The notes below the pieces were generated by a model. The model worked only from the letters and a program-made list of their open reading frames with translations. It ran no database searches and was not told where the DNA came from. Below, in pieces: positions 27,659-38,185 of a DNA stretch of 64,000 nt. Both the position numbers and the translations under genes were made by a program. Position 1 is the first letter of the stretch. Each line of letters opens with the position of its first letter. This DNA is from an uncultured Erythrobacter sp. (GTDB lineage Bacteria; Pseudomonadota; Alphaproteobacteria; Sphingomonadales; Sphingomonadaceae): NCBI GenBank assembly GCA_947504155.1, contig CANNGF010000004.1:4081-68080 (forward strand), written 5' to 3'.

Positions 27659-28480
27659 ATGGCCGCAATTTCCGGACTGATCCGCGTCATGGAGAAAGCC
27701 GCGCGCAAGGCGGGTGGCCGCCTGCGCCGCGACTTCGGCGAGATCGAGCATCTGCAGGTTAGCCGAAAGGGTCCTGCCGATTTCGTATCCAAGGCCGACA
27801 TGCGCGCCGAACGCGCGATCTATGACGAGCTGCTTCTGGCGAGGCCCGATTGGGGCTTCGAAATGGAAGAGGCCGGCACGATCGAAGGCAAGGATGGCAT
27901 GCCGCGCTGGATCGTCGATCCGCTCGACGGCACCAGCAACTTCCTGCATGGCATCCCGCATTTCGCGATCAGCATCGCGGTACAGGAACGCAAGCTGGGT
28001 AGCGACGACTGGGGCGAAGTGACCGCTGCTGTCGTGTACAATCCGGTGACCGACGAGACGTTCTGGGCAGAGAAGAGCCGAGGTGCATGGCTACACGATG
28101 CGCGCCTTCGCGTGTCGTCGCGCCGCAACCCGTCCGAAGCCCTGATCGCCACCGGCATTCCTTTCGCCGGGCATGGCGATTTCGGCGAATGGTCGAAGAT
28201 TTTCAACGCCATCGGCCCAAATGTGGCGGGTATCCGCCGCTTCGGTGCGGCCTCGCTCGATCTCGCCTGGCTCGCCGCAGGTCGATATGACGGTTTCTGG
28301 GAAAGCGGGCTCAACGACTGGGATACCGCGGCAGGCTGCCTGATCGTGCGTGAAGCAGGCGGTTTCGTCTCGGATTACCGCGGCCGGTCGCAGCCGATCC
28401 ACTCCAAGCAGGTGCTGGCGGCGAACGATCAGCTGCATTCAAAACTGCATAAATTGCTCGTGAACGCTTTGAAGGCTTGA
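27659..28480 (+). CDS. suhB: Inositol monophosphatase family protein
   Basis: DFVS, EE, DPLDGTSNF and WDTAAG motifs. Confidence 0.9.
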   Translation: MAAISGLIRVMEKAARKAGGRLRRDFGEIEHLQVSRKGPADFVSKADMRAERAIYDELLLARPDWGFEMEEAGTIEGKDGMPRWIVDPLDGTSNFLHGIPHFAISIAVQERKLGSDDWGEVTAAVVYNPVTDETFWAEKSRGAWLHDARLRVSSRRNPSEALIATGIPFAGHGDFGEWSKIFNAIGPNVAGIRRFGAASLDLAWLAAGRYDGFWESGLNDWDTAAGCLIVREAGGFVSDYRGRSQPIHSKQVLAANDQLHSKLHKLLVNALKA

Positions 28481-28521
28481 TGCCGCTTCGGAGCGCGGCT
28501 AACCCCCGCGCTCCAACACGT

Positions 28522-28606
28522 GCCTCCGTGGCGGAATTGGTAGACGCGCTCGACTCAAAATCGAGTTTCTTACGAAGTGCCGGTTCGAGTCCGGCCGGAG
28601 GTACCA
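28522..28606 (+). tRNA. tRNA-Leu (anticodon CAA)
   Basis: GCCTCCG acceptor, CTCGA-CTCAAAA-TCGAG anticodon arm, long variable arm, ends ACCA. Confidence 0.96.
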
Positions 28607-28798
28607 CAATTTTCCGCAATAATTTCATCTCGTGCGCCGACCAGCGGTGCTCGGCGAATCGCATCTCGTGTTAGAACGATCGCGAAGACGGTTTTCCGCT
28701 TCCCGCAATGATACGGTGCCGAGTTGGGGCACGATGAAAGCAAACAATTGCTTGCATTCGCTCTGGCGGTTTGGGACTTCGAATATCGAATGATCGGA

Positions 28799-30589
28799 AT
28801 GCCATCATACCACGCTCTGGCCGCGATGGGCGTGACTGTCGCAATGTTCATCGCCTTTGCGCGCGGACGCATGTCGATCGAGATCATCTCGCTGCTGACG
28901 ATCGCTGTCATCGCAGTGGGGCTGTATTTCTTCCCGCTCGACGGTCAATCGCCAACCGATGGCCTTGCCATCGCATTCGGCGGTTTCGGCCATTACGCCC
29001 TTATCACCATCTGCGCCCTGATGATCCTCGGGCGCGGCCTGATCGTGACTGGTGCGCTGGATCCGGCGGCCCGCTTTCTGGAGCGGGTGTTTAAGTTCAA
29101 CACCCATGTCGGCTTGCTGCTGTCGCTGTTTCTCGCCTTTTTCCTGTCGATGTTCGTCAACAACACGCCCGTTCTGGTGTTGCTGATTCCCATCTTCGTG
29201 ACGCTGGCGGCGCGCGGGGCAATGCCGGCTTCGAAAACGCTAATGCCCCTCAATGCTGCTTCGCTGATCGGCGGACTGGCAACGACCATCGGCACTTCGA
29301 CCAATATCCTTGTCGTCTCGATCGCAGTCGATCTGGGAATGCCGATGATGAGCGTGTTTCATTACACCCCAATCGTGCTGGGGGCGGCAATCGTGGCGCT
29401 GCCATATCTGTGGCTGGTCATGCCCAAGATGCTGAGCGACAACCGGGTGGAGCAGACCCTTGAACAGCGGCGGTTCTTCACGCGGCTGAGGGTTACTGAG
29501 GACAGCCTGCTCAACGGTCGCGAAATGGCGCAAATCAGTTCGCGGCTGCCGAATGACATCGAATTTCATGATGTGAAGCCGGGCCTATTCCGTCCTGGTC
29601 AACGGCTCCGGGTGTCGGGGACACACGTCGCCATCGAAGAAGCTATCGCAGTCTTGCGGGGCGAAGCAGCCCCGGGGTGGGTTCTGGAGCGCATCCAGCG
29701 TCAGCACAGTGAGACCGGCGAGGATATCCAGGTCGTCGAGATGACCGTGACGGCGGACAGTCGCCTCTCCGGTCGCACGCTACCCACCTCGGGCATAGCA
29801 GACCTCTACGGGGTGGCTGTCGTCGGCCTCCACCGTCCTGACACGCTGATCGGGCAGAAGGACGAATTCAGCGATGTCGGCGATATGCGCATCAGGGAGG
29901 GCGATGTCCTTCTGGTGATGGGCCTCCAGAATGATCTGGAAGCCTTTGCCAATGGCGACAGTTTGTTGCAGCTCGAGGGTAAGCGGGAACTGCCGCGCCG
30001 GTCCAAGGCATGGCTGGCCGCCGGCATCATGGCCGGATCGGTGGCGCTTGCGTCTTTCGGTTTCCTTCCCATTGCCATCGCCGCGCTCGGCGGGGCGATC
30101 CTGATGTTCCTCACCGGCTGCGTAAAATTCGACCGTGTGGGCCGGGCGCTTTCTGCGCAGGTCATCGTGCTCGTTGCGGCCAGCATCGCAATCGGGCGAA
30201 TCATCGACGAAAGCGGGGCAGCCGCCTGGCTGGGCGAAGCCATGTCCTATGGCTTGCAGTATCTACCCCCAGCTTTCGTGCTGGCGGCGATCATGGTGTT
30301 CGTGACCATACTCACCAATTTCGCGTCCAATGCCACGGCCGCGACTGTCGGGACCCCGATCGCTTTCGCCATTGCGGCGCAGCTGGGGCTGCCGGCCGAA
30401 CCGCTGGTGCTGGCCGTCCTGTTCGGCTGCAATTTGTCTTACGCGACACCGATTGCCTATCAGACCAACATGCTGATAATGGCGGAAGGCAGCTATCAGT
30501 TCGGCGATTATGTGAAGACGGGCGTGCCGCTGGTTATCATTATGGTAGCGTCGCTCTCTATCGGCCTGGTCCTTACTTACAGCCTCTAG
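28799..30589 (+). CDS. SLC13/DASS family permease with TrkA-C domains
   Basis: FVNNTP, TTIGTSTNI, SNATAA and ATPIAYQTN motifs; central soluble domains. Confidence 0.85.
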   Translation: MPSYHALAAMGVTVAMFIAFARGRMSIEIISLLTIAVIAVGLYFFPLDGQSPTDGLAIAFGGFGHYALITICALMILGRGLIVTGALDPAARFLERVFKFNTHVGLLLSLFLAFFLSMFVNNTPVLVLLIPIFVTLAARGAMPASKTLMPLNAASLIGGLATTIGTSTNILVVSIAVDLGMPMMSVFHYTPIVLGAAIVALPYLWLVMPKMLSDNRVEQTLEQRRFFTRLRVTEDSLLNGREMAQISSRLPNDIEFHDVKPGLFRPGQRLRVSGTHVAIEEAIAVLRGEAAPGWVLERIQRQHSETGEDIQVVEMTVTADSRLSGRTLPTSGIADLYGVAVVGLHRPDTLIGQKDEFSDVGDMRIREGDVLLVMGLQNDLEAFANGDSLLQLEGKRELPRRSKAWLAAGIMAGSVALASFGFLPIAIAALGGAILMFLTGCVKFDRVGRALSAQVIVLVAASIAIGRIIDESGAAAWLGEAMSYGLQYLPPAFVLAAIMVFVTILTNFASNATAATVGTPIAFAIAAQLGLPAEPLVLAVLFGCNLSYATPIAYQTNMLIMAEGSYQFGDYVKTGVPLVIIMVASLSIGLVLTYSL

Positions 30590-30714
30590 ACCGCTTTCCT
30601 AATTCAGTTGGCTCTGCCAGTCTGCCTTATCCAATCCGGGCGGGTCGGGGTGGGGGCGATTCCTCCTCCAGGACCGTGCTCCATGTGTTCCATCCTGTAG
30701 GAGTCCCCCTCCGT

Positions 30715-32052
30715 ATGTCCAACATCCGCAAACCGATGCTCGCGGCGGCCTGTGCCGCGCTTGCGTGCTCAACATCTGCCGCCGCTCAGGACCTTCGCAC
30801 ATCGCTGAATGAAGACATGCCCGAGCTGATGGAGCTCTATCGCGATCTGCACGCCAATCCAGAACTCAGCTTCGAAGAACATGAGACGGCGGCGAAGCTG
30901 GCGAAGAGGATGCGGGCGCTTGGGTTTGACGTGACCGAAGGCGTCGGCAAGACCGGCGTGGTGTCTGTCATGAAGAACGGCGATGGCCCCACGGTACTCC
31001 TTCGCGCCGACATGGACGGGCTCCCTGTCGTGGAACAAACGGGCCTGCCCTATGCGAGCACGGTCACTGCCACGCCCGCAAGCGGCGTGACGACCGGCGT
31101 TATGCATGCCTGCGGCCACGATACCCATATGGCCGGCTTCATCGGAGCGGCGCAGCTGCTGGCAGAGCGCAAGGATGAATGGCAGGGTACGCTGGTCATG
31201 GTGCTTCAGCCAGCCGAGGAACTGGGGCTGGGTGCGCTCGCCATGCTGGAAGATGGACTTTACACGCGGTTCCCCAAACCGGATTACGCGCTCGCCTTCC
31301 ACGATGCAGCGGCGCCAATGCCTGCGGGGACCATCGGCTACACCTCCGGCTATGCGCTGGCCAATGTCGATAGCGTGGACATTCAGGTAAAGGGTGTGGG
31401 TGGCCATGGGGCCTATCCGCACACCACCCGCGATCCTATCGTGCTCGCCAGTGCGATCGTGATGAAACTGCAGACGGTGGTGAGCCGTAATTCGTCGCCA
31501 TTGGACCCCGCCGTGATAACGGTGGGCAGCTTTCATTCGGGTGCCAAGCACAACATCATCTCGGACGAAGCGAAGCTTCAGCTGACGGTCCGCAGCTATT
31601 CCGATGAAAGCCGCAAACTGCTTCTCGACGGCATCCGCCGCGTGGCTCGGGGCGAAGCCATTACTGCGGGCCTGCCGGAAGAGCTCTTTCCCGTCGTGAC
31701 GGTAGAGGATCCCTATACGCCTTCGACCTTCAACGACCCCGACTTCACCGAAGAGATGGCGGCAACGTTTCGCGCACGCTTCGGCGATCAGGCCGTGTTC
31801 GCCACACCGGCAGTCATGGGCGGCGAGGATTTCAGCCAGTTCCGCCGCGCTGCGCCAGAGGACGTGAAGAGCATGATCTTCTGGATTAGTGGTACGCCCG
31901 CCGACATGCTCACTGCGCTGAAGGAAGAGGGCAAGCCGCTGCCCTCGCTCCACTCACCCTACTGGGCGCCCGATGCGGAAGCCGTGGTGCGGACCGGGGC
32001 CGAAGCGCTCGCAGGCGCTGCGCTTGATCTGATGCCTGCCAACGGCGGATAA
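30715..32052 (+). CDS. M20 family amidohydrolase
   Basis: HANPELS, RADMDGLP, MHACGHD, QPAEE and GGEDF motifs; signal peptide. Confidence 0.9.
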   Translation: MSNIRKPMLAAACAALACSTSAAAQDLRTSLNEDMPELMELYRDLHANPELSFEEHETAAKLAKRMRALGFDVTEGVGKTGVVSVMKNGDGPTVLLRADMDGLPVVEQTGLPYASTVTATPASGVTTGVMHACGHDTHMAGFIGAAQLLAERKDEWQGTLVMVLQPAEELGLGALAMLEDGLYTRFPKPDYALAFHDAAAPMPAGTIGYTSGYALANVDSVDIQVKGVGGHGAYPHTTRDPIVLASAIVMKLQTVVSRNSSPLDPAVITVGSFHSGAKHNIISDEAKLQLTVRSYSDESRKLLLDGIRRVARGEAITAGLPEELFPVVTVEDPYTPSTFNDPDFTEEMAATFRARFGDQAVFATPAVMGGEDFSQFRRAAPEDVKSMIFWISGTPADMLTALKEEGKPLPSLHSPYWAPDAEAVVRTGAEALAGAALDLMPANGG

Positions 32053-32057
32053 AATGA

Positions 32058-32094
32058 CGGCCACCGGAGCTTTTGGGGGTTGCTCCGGTGGCCG
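32058..32094. terminator. Hairpin between convergent genes (probable terminator)
   Basis: 13-bp perfect stem CGGCCACCGGAGC / GCTCCGGTGGCCG. Confidence 0.65.
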
Positions 32095-32160
32095 CTTCTC
32101 CTCCCCAGGAGAAAGTATGTTCCGCGCTAATGCCTCGCTGCTTGAGCGCGGAAATTCGGG

Positions 32161-32352
32161 TTAGCCGTCCGAGGGAACGTAAGTGCCGAGCCGATGGTGC
32201 AGGGCGTTGATCTTCGCCAGCTCCTCGCGGTCATCCGTCTGGCGGGCATAGCTGGTCAGAGCAGTGCGCAGCAGGCGGAAATCGGCGGTCGAGAACAGGG
32301 CGCGCGCGCGGCCGGGCTCGGTCTTGGGGGTGTCTTCGGTCATCGTAGTCAT
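32161..32352 (-). CDS. Small hypothetical protein downstream of aceA
   Basis: 63 aa with GGAAGG RBS, starting 11 bp after the aceA stop. Confidence 0.65.
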   Translation of the reverse strand: MTTMTEDTPKTEPGRARALFSTADFRLLRTALTSYARQTDDREELAKINALHHRLGTYVPSDG

Positions 32353-32363
32353 CCTTCCTCTCC

Positions 32364-33962
32364 TTACGCGGCTGCGAACTGGTTCATGGTGTTATCCTTG
32401 CCGCCGGCCTTCAAGGCCGCTTCACCGGCAAAGTACTCCTTGTGATCATCGCCGATGTCGCTGCCGGCCATGTTCTGGTGCTTCACGCAGGCGATACCCT
32501 GGCGGATTTCCTCGCGCTGGACGTTCTTGACGTAACCGAGCATTCCGGCATCACCAAAGTACTCGCGGGCAAGGTTATCGGTGCTCAATGCAGCCGTGTG
32601 ATAGGTCGGCAAGGTGATCAGATGGTGGAAGATACCCGCTTGGCGCGCCGCGTCTTTCTGGAAGGTGCGGATGCGTTCGTCAGCCTCTTCCGCTAGTTCG
32701 GTGCCGTCGTAATCCACGCTCATCAGCTTGGCGCGATCGAACCCCGAAACGTCCTTGCCGTCGGCTTCCCAAGCGTCATAGACCTGCTGACGGAAATTGA
32801 GCGTCCAGTTGAAGCTGGGCGAGTTGTTGTAGACCAGCTTGGCATTGGGGATTACCTCGCGGATGCGGTCAACCATGCCGCCGATCTGGCCGATGTGCGG
32901 CTTCTCGGTTTCGATCCACAGGAGATCGGCCCCGTGCTGGAGTGCTGTTATACAATCGAGCACACAGCGATCCTCTCCGGTCCCGGCCCGGAACTGGTAA
33001 AGGTTGCTGGGTAAGCGCTTAGGCGCGAGCAACTTGCCATCGCGGCTGATGAAGACCTGGCCGTTCTTAATGTCGGCCGGATCAACCTCCTCGCAATCGA
33101 GGAAGGCGTTGTACTGGTCGCCCAGGTCGCCAGGCTCCTTCGAGAAGGCGATCTGCTTGGTCAGGCCAGCACCGAGGCTGTCGGTGCGGGCAACGATGAC
33201 ACCGTCGGGTACACCAAGCTCAAGAAAGGCATACCGGATCGCCCGGATCTTCTGAAGAAAGTCCTCGTGGGGAACGGTGACCTTTCCGTCCTGATGGCCA
33301 CACTGCTTCTCGTCAGAAACCTGGTTCTCGATCTGGAGCGCGCAGGCACCGGCCTCGATCATCTTCTTGGCGAGAAGATAGGTCGCCTCAGCATTGCCGA
33401 AACCGGCATCGATGTCCGCAATGATTGGAACAACATGCGTTTGATGCTCATCTATTTCCCGAAGAATACGATGGGTATTAACCACATCGCCCTTCTCTTT
33501 CGCGTCGTCAAGCTCGCGGAACATACCGCCCAGTTCGCGGGCATCAGCCTGCTTGAGGAAGGTGTAAATCTCTTCGATCAGTGCGGGGACGCTTGTCTTC
33601 TCGTGCATGGATTGATCGGGAAGGGGCCCAAAGTCGCTACGCAGCGCGGCAACCATCCATCCTGACAAATAAAGGTAGCGTCGTTTGGTGCTGCCAAAAT
33701 GCTTCTTGATCGAAATCATCTTTTGTTGAGCAATGAAGCCGTGCCACGTGCCCAGCGATTGGGTGTAGTTCGCCGGGTCAACATCATAGGCTTCCATATC
33801 TTCGCGCATGATTTTCGCGGTGTAGCGCGCAATGTCGAGTCCGGTGGGGAAGCGGTTCTGCACAGCCATCCGCGCGGCGCTTGCGCTATCGATGGCTGCC
33901 CAGCTGTCACCGTTCTGGCTAATGGTTTCGTTCATTTGGGCAATGCGGCTCTGGTAGGTCAT
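32364..33962 (-). CDS. aceA: Isocitrate lyase
   Basis: DIDAGFG, ENQ...KQCGHQDGK, ARTD, WIET and YNNSPSFNW motifs. Confidence 0.96.
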   Translation of the reverse strand: MTYQSRIAQMNETISQNGDSWAAIDSASAARMAVQNRFPTGLDIARYTAKIMREDMEAYDVDPANYTQSLGTWHGFIAQQKMISIKKHFGSTKRRYLYLSGWMVAALRSDFGPLPDQSMHEKTSVPALIEEIYTFLKQADARELGGMFRELDDAKEKGDVVNTHRILREIDEHQTHVVPIIADIDAGFGNAEATYLLAKKMIEAGACALQIENQVSDEKQCGHQDGKVTVPHEDFLQKIRAIRYAFLELGVPDGVIVARTDSLGAGLTKQIAFSKEPGDLGDQYNAFLDCEEVDPADIKNGQVFISRDGKLLAPKRLPSNLYQFRAGTGEDRCVLDCITALQHGADLLWIETEKPHIGQIGGMVDRIREVIPNAKLVYNNSPSFNWTLNFRQQVYDAWEADGKDVSGFDRAKLMSVDYDGTELAEEADERIRTFQKDAARQAGIFHHLITLPTYHTAALSTDNLAREYFGDAGMLGYVKNVQREEIRQGIACVKHQNMAGSDIGDDHKEYFAGEAALKAGGKDNTMNQFAAA

Positions 33963-34096
33963 TGCGGTATCTCCTGTCCGTCCGGGTGGCGTGTGTGGCC
34001 TTGAGATGGTTATGGCCTAAACACCCGCGCTCCGGCAGGAAAATTTACAGAATAACTTGTACAAAATGCCATTATGCGCAAAAATTACATGTAACG

Positions 34097-34114
34097 TTGT
34101 AAAGGACTTTACAA
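34097..34114. promoter_or_regulatory. Palindromic operator, probable RamB/ScfR-family site
   Basis: TTGTAAA-GGAC-TTTACAA directly before the regulator ATG; further TTTACA/TGTACAA half-sites at ~34044-34065 toward aceA. Confidence 0.65.
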
Positions 34115-35512
34115 ATGGCTGATCCTGCGCTTCAGGCCGGTCCCGCTATTCGCCGTTTACGGAAACGGGAGAACCTGACGCAGGCCGCAATGGCTAGCCG
34201 TCTGGCAATCTCGCCAAGCTATCTTAATCTTATCGAGAGAAATCAGCGCCCTGTTAGTGCCCGCGTTGTAATGGCGTTGGTAGAACAATTCGACTTCGAT
34301 CCGCGCAGCATTCGTGAGGATGAGGCAATCGGAGGGCTCGAAGGTTTGATGCGAAGGTTCGCCGATGAGCACTTTGCTGCCTTCCCGATAGATCGCGATG
34401 AGGTCGACGATTTCCTTGCTACGGCTCCAAACGTAGCGGCTGCATTTGCGCAGCTTTTCGACAATGCTCGGGCAGGAGCGGCTATGGAAGACTCTCCTCT
34501 CGTAGCATCACGCCGTGAAGTGGAGCGCTGGCGAAATCATTTTGCAGATCTCGACCATGCTGCCGAGGAACTGGCGGACGAGATGCGTCTTTCTCGCGGC
34601 GACATCGGACTGGCTTTGACGGAGAGATTGAGAGAACGTCACCAGCTTTCCGTGCGTATTCTCCCGCGCGACGTTTTGCCCGATAGCCTCAGCAGACTGG
34701 ATCTACATGCCCGTCAGGTTCAGCTTTCGGAATTACTCGCTCCGGCGTCGCGCAATTTCCAACTCGCAATCAAAATCGCTCAATTGGAGATGAAGGACGA
34801 AATTGCGAACATTGCGCAGGGTGCTCAATTTGACGATGAGGAAGCGCGGGCGCTTTTCAGCCGCCACCTCGAGGGCTATTTCGCGGCTGCGCTGATAATG
34901 CCCTACGGCCGTTTCCTGCGCGCCTGCGAAGGTACCGGATACGACCTGGCTGTTCTCGAGCGCAGGTTTAGCGTGAGCTTTGAACAACTCGCGCACCGGT
35001 TAACTACACTACAACGGGTCGGTCAGCGCGGTTTGCCCTTTTTCATGGCTCGTCTCGACAGGGCGGGCCAATTCTCCAAACGTTTCCTTGGAGCTAGTTC
35101 GGCGCGGTTCGCGAGCGAAGATGTGTCTTGCCCGCTATGGGATGCTCACCGGGCCTTCGAGCGCGGTGGCGAATTGGTTGCCCAGTTCGTTAGCCTTGAA
35201 CAAGGCGACGAGTCTCAGGGCGGATGGTTCACTATTATGCGAAGTGTCGAGGGTAGCGGTGTTCCAGGCGAAGCGCGCTTTGTCGTTATACTAGGCATCG
35301 AGGCGGTTCTTGCCGGCGACTTGGCCCAGGCACGGGGTATTTCTCTTCGTCCATCCGAAGCTCAGATAATTGGTCCTGGGTGTGCACTATGCTATCGGGA
35401 AAGGTGCTCTCAGCGCTCTCTGCCCCCTCGGGGACGCCGCCTGCGCTTCGATCGCATGCGGCGAGGCATTTCTCCATTCGAGTTTGGCGATGGAGAAAAA
35501 TCAGCGCGTTAA
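34115..35512 (+). CDS. ramB: XRE-family short-chain fatty acyl-CoA regulator (RamB/PrpR/ScfR type)
   Basis: N-terminal HTH ISPSYLNLIERNQRP; HRLTTLQR and CPLW motifs; divergent from aceA. Confidence 0.85.
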   Translation: MADPALQAGPAIRRLRKRENLTQAAMASRLAISPSYLNLIERNQRPVSARVVMALVEQFDFDPRSIREDEAIGGLEGLMRRFADEHFAAFPIDRDEVDDFLATAPNVAAAFAQLFDNARAGAAMEDSPLVASRREVERWRNHFADLDHAAEELADEMRLSRGDIGLALTERLRERHQLSVRILPRDVLPDSLSRLDLHARQVQLSELLAPASRNFQLAIKIAQLEMKDEIANIAQGAQFDDEEARALFSRHLEGYFAAALIMPYGRFLRACEGTGYDLAVLERRFSVSFEQLAHRLTTLQRVGQRGLPFFMARLDRAGQFSKRFLGASSARFASEDVSCPLWDAHRAFERGGELVAQFVSLEQGDESQGGWFTIMRSVEGSGVPGEARFVVILGIEAVLAGDLAQARGISLRPSEAQIIGPGCALCYRERCSQRSLPPRGRRLRFDRMRRGISPFEFGDGEKSAR

Positions 35513-35585
35513 CCTTCTTTATGCGGAACCGCTCAAGCAGTAGCCGCGTTTTTGCCACATTCAATGGGTCAGTTGAGGAAAATCC

Positions 35586-35882
35586 ATGACCGAAGAACGC
35601 ATTACCGAGACGCGCAGTCCATCGGGAGATACGCACACGACACATACGGTGATCACTGATGGAGAGAGTCGTCGCGGCGGGGGTGCAGGCTGGCTAATCG
35701 CAATCATTGTATTGGTAGTTGCTATCGCGGCTGTCTTCTTCTTCTCGCAAATGAGTGGAGCGGAAGTAGCGAAGGACAATGCGGTGGCTGGTGCTGCTTC
35801 TGAAGTTGGCGAGGCCGCAGGACAGGTGGGCGATGCAGCACAGAATGCGGGGACCGCAGTTCAAGATGCAGTTGAAGATTGA
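35586..35882 (+). CDS. Small membrane protein
   Basis: 98 aa, one TM segment, Ala-rich tail. Confidence 0.7.
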   Translation: MTEERITETRSPSGDTHTTHTVITDGESRRGGGAGWLIAIIVLVVAIAAVFFFSQMSGAEVAKDNAVAGAASEVGEAAGQVGDAAQNAGTAVQDAVED

Positions 35883-36076
35883 TAAACCTAAATCTTCGGG
35901 CAAAGAGCGACGGTGCATCCTTCGAAGGCGCGCCGTTTTTTGCTATTTCTTAACTGTAAAGTTTACCGACAATTCATCATTGCGCCATACTGCTGCTCAA
36001 TAACTTTGGCAGAGCAAATGGGGTCTAGCGGTCTTATGTCCGTCTTGGGAAAGATTGGTGAGAAGGCTCAACCCTG

Positions 36077-38185
36077 ATGGATTGGGCAGCACACGTCTCT
36101 TATCTTTCGTATTCCGTTGGCGCGATTATTGCTGGGATATGTGCGGTGTGGATCGCTCGTTTTGGAGATCCCGAAAGGTCTGATCGCTGGTCGGCCGTCG
36201 TAGCGCTTGCGCTGACTGCGAACTGGTGTGTCGCGGCAGCGAGTTTCGACCCAGACCATTCAATTTTGTTACTGACGGAAGTGGCCGCGAATGTAGCTTG
36301 GCTTGCTACTCTTCTGCGGCATTTCGCAAATGATGGCCGTGACGAAAGCGTCCGAATGGTCCGTCCAGTCGCGTTAGCTCTGGGATTTGTAGAAGCGCTT
36401 CAATTGGCTTTCATATTACTGGCTTATAATGCCGGATGGCCTAGTGGGACAACGGCAATCGTTTTTGAGACGTCGGCGATGTTTCGTATGCTCGTGGCTA
36501 CAGGGTCGCTGGTCTTGGTGCATAATTTGTATGTCGGAGCATCGCCGCGTTCACGTCAAATATTGCGGTGGAATGCCGCGGCGATGGCTGGCTTCTGGTC
36601 CTTCACTTTGAATTTTTACAATGTCGCTTGGCTATCTGGTTCATATCCAGCCGAACTAGTGGCGACGAGGGGCCTTGCAGTGGCCATGGTCGCCATCCCC
36701 TTTGCCATTGGCTTCAATCAAAAAGTTGCAGGATTAACGTTTAGTCCATCGCGCACAGTAACATTCCGGTTTCTCTCGCTGATGGTTATCGGGACTTACC
36801 TCGCCGCCATGCTTCTCTTTGCAAGCTGGCTGAGCCTTTTTGAAGAGAATGCTGGAAGCCTTACTCAGGTAGGTCTCCTTGTTGGCGCCGCAGCCTTGGC
36901 GCTGATCTGGCTACCGTCAGACAAGCTGCGCGGTTGGGCCAAGGTCACCGCGATCAAGCATCTGTTCAAATATCGATATGACTATCGCAATGAATGGATT
37001 CGCTTCACTCATACAATGGGCCGATCGACGACCGGAGATAGTCCGTTGCAGGAGCGAGCGGTGAAGGCGCTCGCCGAAATTACCGAGAGTCCTTCAGGGG
37101 CTTTGCTCTTAACTAATGATGATGATGGGACATTGCAGGCTGGCGGGCACTGGAGATGGCCAGATCTGAGCATCCCGGGCAATGCCATTTCACCGGAACT
37201 TGCACAAATATTCGAGAAGACAGGTCTGATCCTAGACTTGGACCAGAGCCGTGCAGGAAAACAGCATCAGGGAGAACTCGATCATCTTCCTGAGTGGTTC
37301 CTCGAAGACAATCGGGTATGGGCAGTCGTTCCACTGTTGCATTTCGAGCGTTTGATAGGATTGATCGTACTCTCGCGACCTCTCATCGACCGAAAGCTCG
37401 ACTGGGAGGATTTCGACCTACTTGGCGTCGTGGGACAGCAACTGGCGAGTTACCTTTCCGAACAAGCGGGCCAGGAAGCGTTGTCCGAAGCGACGAGATT
37501 TGACGAATTCAATCGGCGAATGGCTTTCGTGATGCATGACATCAAGAACCTATCCAGCCAGATGTCCCTGCTGCTCAGAAACGCTGAGAAGCATGCCGAA
37601 AAGCCGGAATTTCGTAAAGACATGCTTATCACCCTTCGCAACAGTGCCGACAAGTTGAACACGATGCTGGCCCGGCTAGGGCGATATGGAACGGCTGGCC
37701 AAGAGCAAAGCCGCGACTTCGATATTACGAGTCATATGGGAGCTTTGATCGATCGTTATTCGGCCTTGCATACCATAACCTTACTTCGGTCGGAACCGCT
37801 GCAGGTGAGCGGAAATCCAGAAGGTTTCGAACAGGCTGCAGCGCATATTTTGCAGAATGCGATCGAAGCCAGTGATCCTGAATCCACTGTGATGCTTGAG
37901 ATTTTCAGCGACGGACTATCTGGCATCGTGCAAATTGTAGACAGCGGTAAGGGTATGAGCCCCAGTTTCATTCGAAGTGGTCTGTTTACTCCTTTTGTTT
38001 CTTCCAAAGACGGTGGTTTTGGTATTGGCGCCTATGAAGCTCGCGAATTGATCCGGTCCATGGGTGGCAGACTGGATGTAGAGTCCCGCGAGGGTCTCGG
38101 TACTCGTTTTATGATTAGTTTGCCGCTCGCTTCCGCTCACGCGCTCTTGGGTGCAAAGGCAATTACGAGGAAGGAAGCGGCCTGA
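36077..38185 (+). CDS. prsK: PEP-CTERM system sensor histidine kinase PrsK
   Basis: Multi-TM N-terminus, YRYDYRNEW, GAF domain, FVMHDIKN H-box and G-boxes. Confidence 0.88.
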   Translation: MDWAAHVSYLSYSVGAIIAGICAVWIARFGDPERSDRWSAVVALALTANWCVAAASFDPDHSILLLTEVAANVAWLATLLRHFANDGRDESVRMVRPVALALGFVEALQLAFILLAYNAGWPSGTTAIVFETSAMFRMLVATGSLVLVHNLYVGASPRSRQILRWNAAAMAGFWSFTLNFYNVAWLSGSYPAELVATRGLAVAMVAIPFAIGFNQKVAGLTFSPSRTVTFRFLSLMVIGTYLAAMLLFASWLSLFEENAGSLTQVGLLVGAAALALIWLPSDKLRGWAKVTAIKHLFKYRYDYRNEWIRFTHTMGRSTTGDSPLQERAVKALAEITESPSGALLLTNDDDGTLQAGGHWRWPDLSIPGNAISPELAQIFEKTGLILDLDQSRAGKQHQGELDHLPEWFLEDNRVWAVVPLLHFERLIGLIVLSRPLIDRKLDWEDFDLLGVVGQQLASYLSEQAGQEALSEATRFDEFNRRMAFVMHDIKNLSSQMSLLLRNAEKHAEKPEFRKDMLITLRNSADKLNTMLARLGRYGTAGQEQSRDFDITSHMGALIDRYSALHTITLLRSEPLQVSGNPEGFEQAAAHILQNAIEASDPESTVMLEIFSDGLSGIVQIVDSGKGMSPSFIRSGLFTPFVSSKDGGFGIGAYEARELIRSMGGRLDVESREGLGTRFMISLPLASAHALLGAKAITRKEAA

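Noticed and set aside
28522-28800. tRNA-Leu (and tRNA-Asp at 13948) as island attachment sites
   Set aside because: No integrase, att duplicate or accessory genes follow either tRNA.
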